A stretch of DNA of 64,000 nucleotides, from contig NC_086097.1 in assembly GCF_963921235.1 (NCBI RefSeq), forward strand, positions 40,612,001-40,676,000, in the 5' to 3' direction. Within the stretch, counting starts at the first letter, position 1; every line of letters starts with the position of its first letter. The notes under the pieces are model-generated. The model made no database searches. It saw nothing but the letters and a program-made list of their open reading frames with translations, and was not told the DNA's origin. The stretch is from Mobula hypostoma. Lineage: Eukaryota. Position numbers and translations under genes: made by a program. This document shows, piece after piece, positions 12,622-26,220 of this stretch.

Positions 12622-13640
12622 CACAAGCTGTCCTCTTTAATCACTCTGAGCACCGGTGCCCCACAAGGCTGTGTACTCAGCCCCCTGCTGTACTCACTGT
12701 ACACCCATGATTGTATAGCCAAGTTTCCATCGAACTCAATATATAAGTTTGCTGATGACACCTCAATTGTAGGCCATATCTCGGGTAATGATGAGTTTGA
12801 GTACAGAGAAGAAATTAAGAGCCTGGTGGCATGGTGTGAAGACAATAACCTATCCCTCAACGTCAGCAAGACAAAGGAACTGGTTGTTGACTTCAGAAGG
12901 AGTAGTGGATCACACGACCCAATTTACATCGGTGGTGCGCAGGTGGAATAGGTCAGAAGCTTTAAGTTCCTCAGGGTCAATATCACAAATGACCTGACTT
13001 GGTCCAACCAAGCAGAGTCCACTGCCAAGAAGGCCCACCAGTGCCTTTACTTCCTGAGAAAGCTAAAGAAATTTGGCCTGTCTCCTAAAACCCTCACTAA
13101 TTTTTATAGATGCACCGTAGAAAGCATTCTTCTAGGGTACATCACAACCTGGTATGGAAGTTGTCCTGTCCAAGACCGGAAAAAGCTGCAGAAGTTTGTG
13201 AACACAGCCCAGCACATCACACAAACCAATCTTCTGTCCTTGGACGCACTTTACACTGCACGCTGTCGGAGCAGTGCTGCCAGGATAATCAAGGGCATGA
13301 CCCACCCAGCCAACACACTTTTCATCCCTCTTCCCTCTGGGAGAAGGCTCAGGAGCTTGAAGACTCGTCCGGCCAGATTTGGGAAAATCTTCTTTCCAAC
13401 TGTGATAAGACTGCTGAACGGATCCTGACCCGGATCTGGGCCGCACCCTCCAAATATCTGGACATGCCTCAGTTTTTTTGCACAACCTTACTTTCCCTTT
13501 TCTATTTTCTATTTATGATTTATAGTTTAAATTGTTATTATATTTACTATCGATTTGTACTCCAGGGAGTGTGAAGCGCAGAATCAAATATCACTGTGAT
13601 GATTGTATGCTTTAGTATCAATTGTTTGGCGACAATAAAG
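12622..13640 (+). mobile_element. Young Rex1/Babar LINE 3' kilobase, inserted in an old minus-strand SINE-like repeat (about 12375-12621 and 13641-13692)
   Basis: [27 protein letters not shown] and LPSGRRL motifs. AATAAA at about 13634. Candidate 7-bp TSD taactct (12615-12621 / 13641-13647). Confidence 0.9.
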
Positions 13641-14424
13641 TAACTCTTGGACTTGCAGACCAATGACTTAGCTACCATGCCACTGTTCCCCCGGCGAGAG
13701 TACTGTAGCTCATTGCAGGTTGAACATGGGCTTGGTGATGACAATGATAAGAACCAGGTCCCTTTGTCAGGATCTTTTTGAAGCTTTTGTATCATTCTCA
13801 TGAGTTTTAACCTAGTGTAGCTTGGAGATGATTTACTAAACTGCAATGTAAAAGCCACTGGAATTTAGGGACACTTGGAAATACTGAGCTAAATTCATAA
13901 ATCTTCCTTTTATAAGTTATTGATTTAGTTTCTGAAAGCCAAAAATGGGTATAAGTTTTAGTGTTCCATTTTTCATAAGTTGACAGTAATTTGGTTAATC
14001 ACTTTCATAGATAGCACTGAACCACTTTGTGGTTAAATTGGTGATTTTTAATAGACTGTCATGAATAACTGTGATAGCTGAAAACTGTGTTTGTGTTTGG
14101 TGCAATTTATCACAGGTATATACAAGATATTGTGCAATCTGAACTGACTAATTTCCATCTTTGTAGGAAGACTCAGTATTTTCATTGTATAACCTGCAGA
14201 AATGTAACATTTGACCTAATGGACTCAACGATGGTTGTTTTGTTCCATGGGCTGCCTCTTACACCATCAGCACACCTTCCTCTCTCATCATTTCAAGTGT
14301 ATCTAGTCAAATATGATGAGATCTTACAGTAATGCATTCCACATATGGTCGGTCTGGTGGAGGTTTTTTTTACTGAAATATCCAGAAGGGATTGATGAAT
14401 GTTCCATGGTTCTGGGCATAATAG

Positions 14425-14765
14425 AGTAATTAGAGCACTACAGCACAGAAGTAGGCCCTTCTGTCCATCTAGTCCATGCTGAACTGTTATTCTACCAAGT
14501 CCCATTGACCCACACCTGAATGATGGTCCTCCATACCGATCCCTTCCATGTACATATCCAAATTTCTCTCAAATGATGAAGTCAGACCAGCATCCACGAC
14601 TTCTGGTGGCAGCTTGTTCTACACTTGCACTACCCTCTGAGTGGAAAAAATACCCTCTGAGTTTCCTCTTAAATATCTCATCTTTCACTCTTCGCATGAC
14701 CTCTAATCCTAGTGTCAACCAACCTCAGTGGAAAAAGCCTGCTTGCATTTACCCCATCTATACCC
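14425..14765 (-). mobile_element. CR1 3' fragment
   Basis: Similar to the 3' part of 57733-58080 (tacagcacagaa..ggcc, cctcagtggaaaaagcctgcttgcatt). Confidence 0.75.
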
Positions 14766-15304
14766 TTCTTCCTACATTTTGCTACATCTAGCCCTATCAA
14801 ATTCTTTCTTAATTGCATCTGTTAGGTTATGCCACAAAACAACAAATCTCACAGAATAGGTCATGGATAATAAACTTGATTCCAAATCTTTCCTTAAAAT
14901 AATGCCACCACAGTGTTCCCTCGGGGCATCATCTCATTTTGTACATGGTCTCTGGAAATCTACCTCTATTTTCCTTTTGTAATGTAAAATTTGTAACTTG
15001 TCACAGCACTCTGTGTGTGGTTTAATCAGGGAATTATTAAAAGGCATTTTCCCCGCAATTCTACCTCCCAGATGCAAACCTTCAGGTGTAAGCACAGGGT
15101 GAACTTACATGAGTAAATTCTGTTGTTTTTGTTCGCCACTGCTTGTGAGATCCGGCCCACTACATCCGTTTTATCAGTTGAATTGACCTTTTTTTTAAAC
15201 TTTTGCAAAGAACTTGATAAAAGTGATCAAACATAACTGTATAATAAATATTTGCAGCACAGGAGGAGACCATTTGGGTGAACAAAATCAGAGCTGTTTA
15301 GGTT

Positions 15305-15630
15305 ACATAGAAAAGAGAATAATACAGCACAGTACAGGCCCTTCAGCCCATGATGCTGTGCTGACCTATTAGCCTACTCAAAAATTAATCAAACGCTTCT
15401 GTTCCACAGAAACCTCATTTTTTTTCTTTCATCCTTGTGCTTATCTAAGTCTCTTAAGTGTCTCTAACGTATCTGCCTCTACCACCAACACTGGCAGTGC
15501 TTTACAGGAACCTACCACTCCCCACTACCCTCCAATCACCTTAAAACTGTACTCTCTTCTATTGGCAATTATTGCCCTGGGGAAAATATTGCTAGCTGTT
15601 CACTCGATCTATGCCTCTTATTATCTTATG
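15305..15630 (-). mobile_element. CR1 3' fragment (old)
   Basis: tacagcacagtacaggcccttcagccca terminus and attgccctgggg..atgcctct body. Confidence 0.7.
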
Positions 15631-15973
15631 CTGCTACTTCCCAGCACTCTGTTCAAAACACTGCAAGTCATAGCCTTTCAACTCCTCATGCAATGGTCCT
15701 TGCCTCCAATACACTTCCAAGAAGCAATTTCTTTTTAAGTATTCCATCAATTAACTCAACACATCTATGAGTTATTTTCTTTACTGATAAGGGCTGTAAG
15801 ATCCTTCCGCTTCACTCTTTCCAGGCTTTGATAATTTTATAGAACTCAATTAAATACTCCTGCAGTCTCTTTTGATTCTAAAGATCAAGAAACTACTACC
15901 CACCATGACGACATAGTTTCTGTAGTGCAGAGACTGGAACTGCTCAAAGACCACAGTCTGGCCTGCAGAGCAC

Positions 15974-17315
15974 ATTAGATTAGATTAGATTCAACTTTAT
16001 TGTCATTGTGCCGAGTACAGATACAAAGCCAATGAAATGCAGTTAGCAGCTAACCAGAAGTGCGAAGAATAGTGTTATTTGCAATATAACTGCGAATAAA
16101 AAGTAAGTGCTACAGCACACAAATATAAAAGTACTGAGACAGTACAATATGGATGCAATACTGCTTAGCGCTGTGATGTGAGGTTCAGCAGGGTCACAGC
16201 CTCGGGGAAGAAGCTCTTCCTGTGCCTGCTGGTGCGGGAGCGGAGGCTCCTGTAGCACCTACCGAATGGGAGGAGAGTGAAAAGTCCATGGTTAGGGTGA
16301 GATGCATCCTTGATGATGCTTTTCACCCTGCCCAGGCAGCGCTTATGGAAGATGTTCTCAATGGTGGGCAATTGGGTGCTGATAATACACCGGGCTGTTT
16401 TCACCACACACTGGAGTGCTTTGCAGTCCGATACGGGACAATTGCCGTACCACACTGAGATGCAGTTGGTGAATATGCTCTCAATGGTACAGTGGTAAAA
16501 TTCTGTCAGTATCCTGGGACAGCGGTGAGCTTTTTTGATGCTCCACAGGAAATAAAGGCACTGTTGTGCCTTTTTGATCAGGATGGAGGAGTTCAGGGAC
16601 CAGGTGAGATCCTCAGAAATGTGGACACCAAGGAATTTGAAGCTTGATGTACACTCCACTACAGTTCTGCTGATGTAGATGGGGATGTGAGTGTGGCTCC
16701 CAGCATGCCTGAAATTCACAATGATCTCCTTGGTCTTCTGGGTGTTAAGGGCCAGGTTGTTGTCGGCACACCACGTGGCCAGGCGCCGGACGTTGTACCT
16801 GTAGGCCGTCGCGTCATCCTCTCTGATCAGGCCAACCACAGTGCTGTCGTCTGCGAACTTGATTATGAAGTTAGAACTGTGTACAGGAACGCAGTCATAG
16901 GTGAAAAGGGAGTACAGAAGAGGGCTCAGCACACAGCCTTGAGGTACGTCGGTGTTCAGGGTGAGAGTGGAGGAGGAGAGGTTGTCTAACTTAACTGATT
17001 GGGGTCTGTTAGTCAGAAAATCCAGGATCCAATTGCAGAGGGATGAACTGATACCAAGCTGGCGAAGTCTGGCGATCAGCTTGGAGGGGGATCACAGTAT
17101 TGAATGCCGAACTAAAGTCAATGAACAGCATTCTGACGTAAGTGTTGGGGCTGTCCAGGTGGGTCAGGGCAGAGTGAAGTGCCGTGGAGATGGCGTCCTC
17201 TGTTGACCTGTTGGTGCGAAAGGCAAATTGATGGGGGTCCAGGGTAGTGGGCAGACAGGATTTCAGATGTGATAGAACCAATCTCTCAAAGCACTTTGCA
17301 ATGATGGGGGAGGTC
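15974..17315 (-). mobile_element. Young Rex1/Babar LINE, 5'-truncated
   Basis: ORFs 17009-17317 ([25 protein letters not shown]) and 16165-16932 (255 aa, KFADD through to the C-terminus). (TCTAA)n tail at the left end. Confidence 0.93.
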
Positions 17316-18316
17316 ATTCAGGCCCGTTACAACTATTGTGTGCAACTTTAAGACTCAATACTGTTATAATGAGATCTAAAGCAGGATTGAGGGGCAGCAG
17401 CTCCTCTTTCTGGGCATGTTGCAGTTTTTCTGAGTCCATGACAAATTTTGCAACTTTTGAGTAAATTGCTTTCTCTCCCTGTATCATAACCGGCAAGTTC
17501 TGCTGTAGGTTACTACCCCGCCCCCCCCCACCCCCCACAACGGTATCGCTGCTCAGGTTTTCTCTATCAGTTAGTGTAGTCCAACCTGTCATCACTTCCT
17601 ACAGCTCTGTATTTTACAGGTTTCATGCTGCTCGTTCTCTCCTTACTCCCTTCATTCAGTTTATCTACCATCAACAACCGAGTCCCTCCACCACCGGCCA
17701 TCATGATCTTTTTGGATTAGTCTTCCCTCCCCCATCCACTTTCATTGTTTAAACAGACTCTTATCCCCCTCGCCCCAGCATTTGCTGTTTTGTGTTAGTA
17801 TTTTATACAGTTCCTCATTTACGTTTGTACAGATTATACCAGCATCCATCTGCTTTTGCCTCTTTGGATGAAACATATGGTGCAGGTATTCCACGTCCTG
17901 CCTTAACCATAATGTACAGTGTATTTGTCTTATTGCCTTCAGGAACTTGTAATCATTTACCCCGACATCTTGCACTTTCTTCACACTTCCTGCCTTTATT
18001 CACATATTGCCTGCAGGTCCTAGCTCTTTTACAATATCCGAAGGCTTTTTGATTACGATAAAGGTTTCTGCTTTTGACTATGTTTTCTGGATAATGGTTC
18101 CAGATCTCTATTGCTCTTTTGGTGGGAAATTTATTTCTTATGTTCTTCTAATTCTTCTACCAAGGACTTGAAACCCACGCTTCTAGATGATGGACCCCTT
18201 TGCAAAGGGATCTGGTACTTTCCTATTTACACTCGGCCCCTCATTTGATATGCTGTACTTGGAGTCCAAGAGTGCAATGCAGGTCACAACTGTATAGGAC
18301 ATTGATAAGAATGCCT

Positions 18317-19646
18317 AGAAGTCATACAGTCATAGAAAAGTACAGCACAGAAACATGCCCTTCAGCCCATCTAATCCATGCCAAGCTAATAAACTGCCTA
18401 TTCCAATTGACCTGCACAGGGACCATAGCTCTCCATACCCCTACCATCTATGTACCTACCCGAACGTCTTTTAAACATTGAAATTGAGCTTACGTGTACC
18501 ACTTGTGCTAGCAGCTTGTTCCACACTCTCATGACCCTCTGAGTGAAGAAGTTTCCCCTCATGTTCCCATTAAATTTTTCACCTTTCATCCTTAATCCAT
18601 GACTTCTAGTTGTAGTCCCACCCAACCTCAGTGGGAGAAAGTCTGCTTGCAGTTACCCTGTCTATATCCCTCATAATATTGTATGCCTCTATCAAATCTC
18701 CTCTCAATCTTCTACATTCCAAGGAATAAAGTCCTAACCTATTCAATCTTTAGATATAACTCAGGTCTTTCAGACCTGGCAATATCCTTGTAAATTTTCT
18801 CTGTACTCTTTCAGCCATATTTATATCTTTCCTGTAGGTAGGTGACCAAAACTGCACACAATACTCCAAATCAGCTCTCATCAATGTCTTATACAAATTC
18901 AGTATAACATTCCACCTCCTATACGCAATACTTTGATTTATGGATAGCAATGTAGCAAAAGCTTTCTTTGCAACCCTATCAAACTGTGATGACACTTTCA
19001 ATTAATTATAGACCCATATTTCCAGATTCCTTCGTTCTTCCATACACCTCAGTGCCCTGCCATTCACTGTGTAAGACCTACCCTCTTTGGACCTATCGAA
19101 ATACAACACACTTATCAGCATGAAATTCCATCTGCCATTTTTCAGTCCATTTTTCCAGCTGGTCTAGGTCTCACTGCAAGCCATGATAGCCTATCTCACT
19201 GTGCACAACAATCTTGTTGCCATCCACGAGCTTGCTGGTTCAGTTAATCACATTATTATCCGGATCATTGATAAAGATGACAAAACAACAATAGACCCAG
19301 CACCAATCCCTTCAACGCCCCCCTATTCACAGGCCTCTAATCAGAGAGGCAACCATCTACTACCACTCACTGGCTTCTCCCACAAAGTCAATTTACTGCC
19401 TCAATCTGAGTGATGAGTTACTGAGCCTCCTTGTCCAGCCTCCCGTGGGGTACTTTGTCAAAGCCTTCCTAAAATCCATGTAGACAATATCCACTACCTT
19501 GCCTTCATCCATTTCTCTGGTAACTTCCTTAAAACACTCTATAAGACTGGCTGACTATCGCTAAACAATTCATATCTATCCAAATACTTATGTATCAGGT
19601 CCCTTAGAATACCTTCCAATAACTTTCCCACTACTGATTTCAGGCT
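18317..19646 (-). mobile_element. CR1 LINE 3' part inserted in an older plus-strand CR1 remnant (about 18270-18316 and 19647-20190)
   Basis: ORFs 18750-19001 (LEYCVQFWSP..ERVQRKFTR) and 18398-18625 (TRSHGL..FFTQRV). The host LYRTLIR..HLEY reading rejoins across the insert. Confidence 0.88.
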
Positions 19647-19898
19647 CACTTGGAATATTATGTGTAGTTTTGTTTGCTTGAATATAAGAAGTTGAAAGGG
19701 GTGCAGGTAAGATTCATGAGGATGTTAGCAGGATGATACTGGAAGGCTTGAGTTATAAAGAGAATCTAGACAGGCTGGTATTTTTCTCCCCGCAGTGTAG
19801 GAAGCTGAGGGGTGACTAATAGAGATTTATAAGATCATGAGGTCCATATAGAAATGTCTTTTGCTTTTGCGTGGGGGTTGGGGAGTCTCAAACTAGAG

Positions 19899-19979
19899 AA
19901 GGGATTCCCAATCTGGGGTGCATGGACCCCTTGCTCAATGGTACTGGTCCATGGCTTAAAAAGAGGTTGGAAAACTCTG
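19899..19979. mobile_element. 81-bp hAT-type MITE
   Basis: Degenerate 16-bp TIRs (aagggattcccaatct / aggttggaaaactctg). 8-bp TSD aactagag (19891-19898) / aactacag (19980-19987). Partial reverse copy at 29328-29380. Confidence 0.7.
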
Positions 19980-20356
19980 AACTACAGTGTATCAATATAA
20001 GGTGAAAGGTTAAAGAATAAATAAGGATCTGATAGGGGAACTTTTTCATACAATTGGTAAGTATGTGGACAAACTCCCAGAGGAAGTATAGAGCTGGTAC
20101 AGTTAGAACACCTAAAAAACATTGTAGGTGGGCCCCAACAGAAAGTAAAGGTTTAGAGGAAAATGGCTGAAATGTGAGGAAATAGGATTAGATGAAGGAG
20201 AAAACCTGAGGAAATGTCTCACCAAATGAGGGGTGATCATCCTGTGTCCTAACTATCTTGTGGCTCTGTCAAGGAATCACTGAAGGATCTTTGGACATGG
20301 ACTCGAAGGCTTCCCCCTTCTTCCACATCGCCCGATATTTTCTCATTTGCTATATA

Positions 20357-20905
20357 CAGTGGATTCCAGTTAATTGGGGCACGTCGGGACTAGTACATTT
20401 TGGCTCAATTAAGAGGCTGCCCAATAGCTGAAGTTTCATTAAAATATTTAAAAAGGTATAAAAAAGACAAACAGTGACAAATTATTATTTAGAAGAAATA
20501 CAGAACAAATTAGAACACCACTGATGCTACCACAGTACTATAAAACTGTATTAGTTCCTAATAGTTATCAGTAGAGGAATTAATTTGTGTATGCTGCCAT
20601 GTTCTTTTGATTGACTGTAAATGAACAAAATCAGTACAGCCACAAGAGGATCTTGGCTAAAATTTCGACTGTTTACTCATTTCCATAAATGCTGCCTGGA
20701 CTGCTGAGTTCCTCCAGCATGTTGTGTGTGTGTGTTACAAAATTAGTACAGACTTCTCGTACAGAACATGGGCTGTCTTCAAACAATGTTTTTCATGATT
20801 ACATCCTCCAAATTTTCATTTTCATTGTAATATTCAAGATGATTTGTCAATGACCTTTAAATTCTTCATAGTTCCTCACATGTTGAAGTAGTAATCATTG
20901 TAACT
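20357..20905 (-). mobile_element. Tigger/pogo-like DNA transposon end with a decayed transposase C-terminus
   Basis: TA then CAGTGGATTCCAGTTAATTGGG terminus. Minus-strand acidic peptide RNYEEFK..HLEYYNENENLEDVI. Confidence 0.55.
20640..20736 (+). mobile_element. Short PLE terminal-repeat insert (degenerate hammerhead)
   Basis: tcgactg..atgctgcctggactgctgagttcctccagcat body. 15-bp TSD acaaaatcagtacag (20625-20639) / acaaaattagtacag (20737-20751). Confidence 0.8.
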
Positions 20906-20914
20906 GCAAGCCTG

Positions 20915-22510
20915 AATGCTATCTCCTTTTATTCAACAACTTGTTGGTTGAGTAGTAGTAACTGTTCTTGAATCTGGTGGTACGAGTCCTGAGGCTTTTG
21001 TACCTTCTACCTGATGGCAGTAGCAAGAAAAGAGCATGGCCTGGGTGGTGAGGATCTTTAATGATGGATGCTGCTTTTCTATGGCAACACTTCATGTAGA
21101 TATGCTGAATGGTTGGGAAGGTTTTACCCATGTTGTACTGGGCCGAATCCATTACCTTTTGTAGGATTTTCTGCTCAAAGGCATTGGTGTTCCTGTACCA
21201 GCCAGTCAGCACACCTTCCACCACACATCTATAGAAGTTTTTCAAGGTTTTCAATGACATGCTGAACCTCCGCTGATTCCTGAGGAAGTAGAGGTACTGT
21301 CATGCTTTCTTCACAGTAATATTTATACGATGGGTCCAGGACAGGTCCTCTGAGATAGTGACACCCAGGAATATAAAGCTACTGACGTTCTCAACCTCTG
21401 ATCTCCAATGAGTACTGGCTCATGGACCTCTGGTTTCCCTCTCCTGAAGTCCACAATCAGTTCTTTGGTCTTACTGACATTGAGTGAGAGATTATTGTTA
21501 TTACACCACTCAGCCAAGTACTGAATCTCCCTCCTGTATGGTGATTCATCACAACCTTAAATACAGTCCACAACAGTGGTGTCATCAGCAAACTTGCTGA
21601 TAAAGTGAGTAGAGCAGGGGACTACATACACATCCCTGCGGTGCTCCTGTGCTGATGGAGATTGTGGAGGAGATGTTTTTGCCAATCCGAACTGACTGGG
21701 GTCTACAAATAAAGTAGTCCAGGATCCAGTTGCGCAAGAGGGTATTGAGGCCCAGGTCTTGGAGTTTCCTGATTAGTTTTGCTCAGCTGTATTCAATAAA
21801 GAGCATCCTTATGTATGCATCTTTGCTGCCCAGATGTTCCAGGGTTGCGTGAAGAGCTAATGAGCTGGCACCTGCTGTAGACCTGTTGCTTCGTAGACAA
21901 ATTAGAGTGGATCCAAGTTGCTATTGAGACAGTAGCTGATACATTTCAACACCAGCCTCTCAAAACACTTAATCACTGTGGATGTAAGTCCGACTGGGTG
22001 GTAATTGCTTCGACAGGTTATCATGCTCCTCTTGGGCACAGGTATGATTGAAGCCTGCTTGAAGCAGGTGGGTACCGCACACACTGTCGGAGTGAGAAGC
22101 TGAAGATATCTGTCAATACAACAGCCAGCTGGTTGGCACAAGTCTTCAGTACTTAGCCAGGTATTCCATCCGGATAGGATGCTTTCCTTGGATTCACCCT
22201 CTCTAAGGCAGCCTGCATGACATCTTCAGATACTGAGACCAAAGGATCATCAGGAGAACTGCGGGTGTGTGATGGTTCCTCCCCTGTTCTGGTGGTCAAA
22301 GCGAGCTTAGGAGGCATTGAACTCATCTGGAAGCTAAGCGTTGCTGTCCTGTATGTTGCAAAATTTAACTTGCATGGACATCTGATCCCAGGACCCCCTG
22401 ACCTGGGACAGTCCAACATCCATGGATGTCCTTCATCACTTGTCCACATTGCTGGTCTTCGGCTTTGGAGCAGAGTAGCAATGTCCATATCGCTGGTCTT
22501 CAATCCTAGA
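20915..22510 (-). mobile_element. Rex1/Babar LINE, decayed
   Basis: ORFs with VNPRKASYPDGIPG, VPTCFKQASIIPVPK, LNVSKTKELIVDFR and HPGHALFLLLPSGRRY. Confidence 0.9.
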
Positions 22511-25051
22511 CTGTCTGCAGATGGCCCTCAGATGTGGTGAATGCTTTATCCTTCAGCACTTGTACTCTGTGCCCCACCGTGATTAAGGGTGGAAATATTC
22601 ATCAAGCTATCTTCTGCTTTTAGCTTTCTGATTGTCCAGGACCATTCATAACTAAATATGATGGCACTGCAGAGCTTTGCCCATTACATGCTAATATTAC
22701 AGCCTCACCAGTTTGGCACGCCAATTTTAGATATACTGGGTACTCTGAGCATACCTTTGTGCACTCGTTGAATTAGTGTTGATGGTGGGGTGTCCAGGGG
22801 TTACAAATTGTTGTTTGTTTCTGATGTTGAAGGTTCACAACACCACTAAACATTTTGTTGGGATCGAGCTTAAGCTGGCATAAGGATATTGTTTACAAAC
22901 TTCCCTTGTCCATTGTAAACCCCCCAATAAAAGACAGAGTTTTCAAATTAACCCTTTGCTACTTTTGATCCAACTATTGCAGCATGGTCCAAAAGTTGAG
23001 CGCATTGTGACACAATTGGCTCTCAGCTCAATTACTATGGGGATAGACACCAGAAGGGTAATCCTCAGGAAAACCTGGGTGAGTAAATAATTCAAGTTAA
23101 ATACAAAGCTTTTGAACTGTTTATTAGTCATCAATATTAATGAATTCAATTAGCCTCCACAAAGAGACATCCACTATTCTAGATTGCAACAATATCACTT
23201 GACTTGTTCACCTCTCCTATGTGAGCCCTTGCTGTAACAGTGCTGTGTAAATCTTCAGTGAATTAACTTGTGACCACACATAAGGCTTCACTGGAGGTCA
23301 GGAGGTTTATGCCAGAAATTTTGGCGCGCTCTATCTGTCAGGCTTCTTAAAGACCCAGTTGTGGAAAGAGAATATTTAATCACTTGTAATAAATAAGCCC
23401 CCTGAAACCAATTTTTAATGTAATAAAGTTTTCTCTCAATGCTCTGGGTAAAGTCCTGAAGCTACTTAATGAAGTCATAAGCGTTGGCGTGCAGGATCAA
23501 TTTTATCAGTTCCGATTTTAACCATAGGGTTTTATGTGAAAGTGCTGTTCTCCCCTGTTGCCAGAACGTAGTTCAGTAAAGATCTTGCTGAATACTGATG
23601 GCTCTTATTTAATGTCTAAATGGTGACTATTCACTAATCAGTCTGGATGGATAGTATCATACTGCAAAGATCTAATCTTGGAGTTTGAATTGGATTAAGG
23701 CCTTGCCAGACTTCCGCAAGTGCGGCAGTTTACAGGAGAAGTCACGGGAGAACAACCGGGACGAAGAAGCCTTGCTGCCTTTTATTTAAGTTTGCTGAGA
23801 CAAATTGTAGTATTATATTAATGCTGAGATCAATTAATTTAGACTAAAATGGAAATTCAACCTGTGACTACTGTGATTATTACGTAATCAGTATGACGTC
23901 TGGAAGTGATTTTTTTAAAAAAAACGAATTAAGCCAGTCATGGGAAGATAAGAGCAGGTGCCAGCCGTTGAACATTTCACATTGCTGCTGCCTGACTCTT
24001 CTGAATTGCCTGAGGGTTTTGCTCCTAAACCATAATTACACTCTGTTCTTCATGTGCTGTTCTCTGGCCATTTTTGATGGTGTTACTTCATGAAAACTTG
24101 GGTATAATGGGTAGGCAGAATCTTTTTTTAAATTGATTGTTTTTCATTAATCTACGCTCTTTTCCTTGCTTTTGGCTTCCCTCTGCTCTGATTGGTTTAT
24201 CTGATTTTGTAACTTTGAGATTCCCTTTTATGCCAATCTCTTCCTCTGGTGGTCATAAATCGACAGTGACTGCAAAGTAATTTAATAATCACTACCTTCA
24301 TGTAATCAGTGATTCTGAATGAATAATGGTTGTAGCTGGCTCATTTGTACTTGAGAACCCAACAATCTCATATTTTATGAAAACTATTTTCAAATGGTGA
24401 TTACATGAGCAACTTAGGACAATTTAAAAAGTGAATGAAATTAATGTAATAGTCACGGTGTATCCTTTTATCTAATAATGTGGATTTGGGATGACTTGCA
24501 ATGCAGTATGTCTTTGCTTGAATGCAATGGAAAATTAAATCCCCTCTTTAGTTACTGATTTGCTTTGGTTTTGTTCAAATAGAAGGTTAAAAATTTCTCA
24601 ATAACTTCAACTAATCAAGCTTTATAGCTGATGCAATTTTGAGCATCTTTTCCTCCTGCCAGTCCCAGTGTGTTTGATTGTATTTGGAGGATTGCCCATT
24701 CCAATTCAGAATTACTGGTTTTGATTTTGGGTGCTACATTCATTCCAATTATGCATGAACTAGTAAGATTGATCAGCAAAGGACAGAAGGACTGGGAAGC
24801 TACTATGTTATGAAATATTTGAAATACAATTTTACTATTATTAACCAAGTGCATAGGAAATGGACGCAGACATAATTGCTGCCGTGGTGTTCAATGTTGA
24901 TCTAGAACACCATGAGCATTTTCTACCAGATTCCCATTTCCTTTTGGATCCTCAGTGTCCTATTGTTTTCTTTTTCTGAGTAAATATATCTCAAAGTTGG
25001 GCATCTTCAACCGTATGGGATAGAAAGTTCCAATGGCTTTCAATTTTCTGT

Positions 25052-25285
25052 GTTGCGTAGTTGTTAGCATAATGTTTTACAGCACTTGGGGCTCAATTCC
25101 CACTGTTGTCTCTCCATGACCATGTGGGTTTCCTTCGGATCCCTCCACATTTCAGAGACGTATAGGCCGGGGTTAGTAAATTGTGGGAGTGCTATGTTGG
25201 TGCTAGAAGCATGGCAACACTTGCGGGCTCTCCCCAGCACAGCTCTGACTGTTGTTGGTTGTTGCTGCATGTAACTAAAGCTAAT
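25052..25285 (+). mobile_element. Degenerate tRNA-derived V-domain-type SINE
   Basis: A-box-like gcgtagttgttagc and B-box-like ggctcaattccc, V-domain-like tctccatgaccatgtgggtttcct, and a taaagctaat terminus. Confidence 0.6.
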
Positions 25286-25477
25286 TTCATTATTATAACT
25301 TTCTGATCACCTTATTTGGCCACTGTGCCTTCTGAGTTTGTTCCTGGCTCAAGACTCCAGCAGATAAAAATAGGGCTGTAACTGAAAAGCTGCCAGCCTC
25401 TCGCTAAAACACTTCTTTCTTTTCTAAAGTCTTGAAAACAAAAGCCAATTTTACTATAATATATAGTATAGTATTAT

Positions 25478-26220
25478 AGAATATAGTATTACTGGTAAGA
25501 CTATTGGCAGTGTGGAGGATCAGAGCGATCTTGGGGTCCAAGTCCATAGGACGCTCAAAGCAGCTGCGCAGGTTGACTCTGTGGTTAAGACGGCATACGG
25601 TGTATTGGCCTTCATCAATCGTGGAATTGAATTTAGGAGCCGAGTGGTAATGTTGCAGCTATATAGGACCCTGGTCAGACCCCACTTGGAGTACTGTGCT
25701 CAGTTCTGGTCGCCTCGCTACAGGAAGGATGTGGAAACCATAGAAAGGGTGCAGAGGAGATTTACAAGGATGTTGCCTGGACTGGGGAGCATGCCTTATG
25801 AAAACAGGTTGAGTGAACTCGGCCTTTTCTCTTTGGAGTGATGGAGGATGTGAGGCAAACTGACAGAGGTGTATAAGATGATGAGAGGCATTGATCATGT
25901 GGATAGTCAAAGGCCTTTTCCCAGGGCTGAAATGGCTGCCACAGGAGGGCACAGGTTTAAGGTGCTTAGGAGTAGGTACAGAGGAGATGTCAGGGGTAAG
26001 TTTTTTATGCAGAGAGTGGTGAGTGCATGGAATGGGCTGCCGGCAACGGTGGTGGAGATGGATACGATAAGGTCTTTTTAGAAACTTTTGGATAGGTACG
26101 TGGAGCTTAGAAAAATAGAGGGCTATGGGTAACCCTAGTAATTTCTAAGGTAGGGACATGTTCGGCACAGCATTGTGGGCTGAAGGGCCTGTATTGTGCT
26201 GGAGGTTTTCTATGTTTCTA
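25478..26220 (+). mobile_element. CR1 3' fragment (same subfamily as 5496-8090)
   Basis: ORF 25512-25841 has LVRPHLEYCAQFWSP..ERVQRRFTRM. (TTTCTATG)n tail at the right end. Confidence 0.93.
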
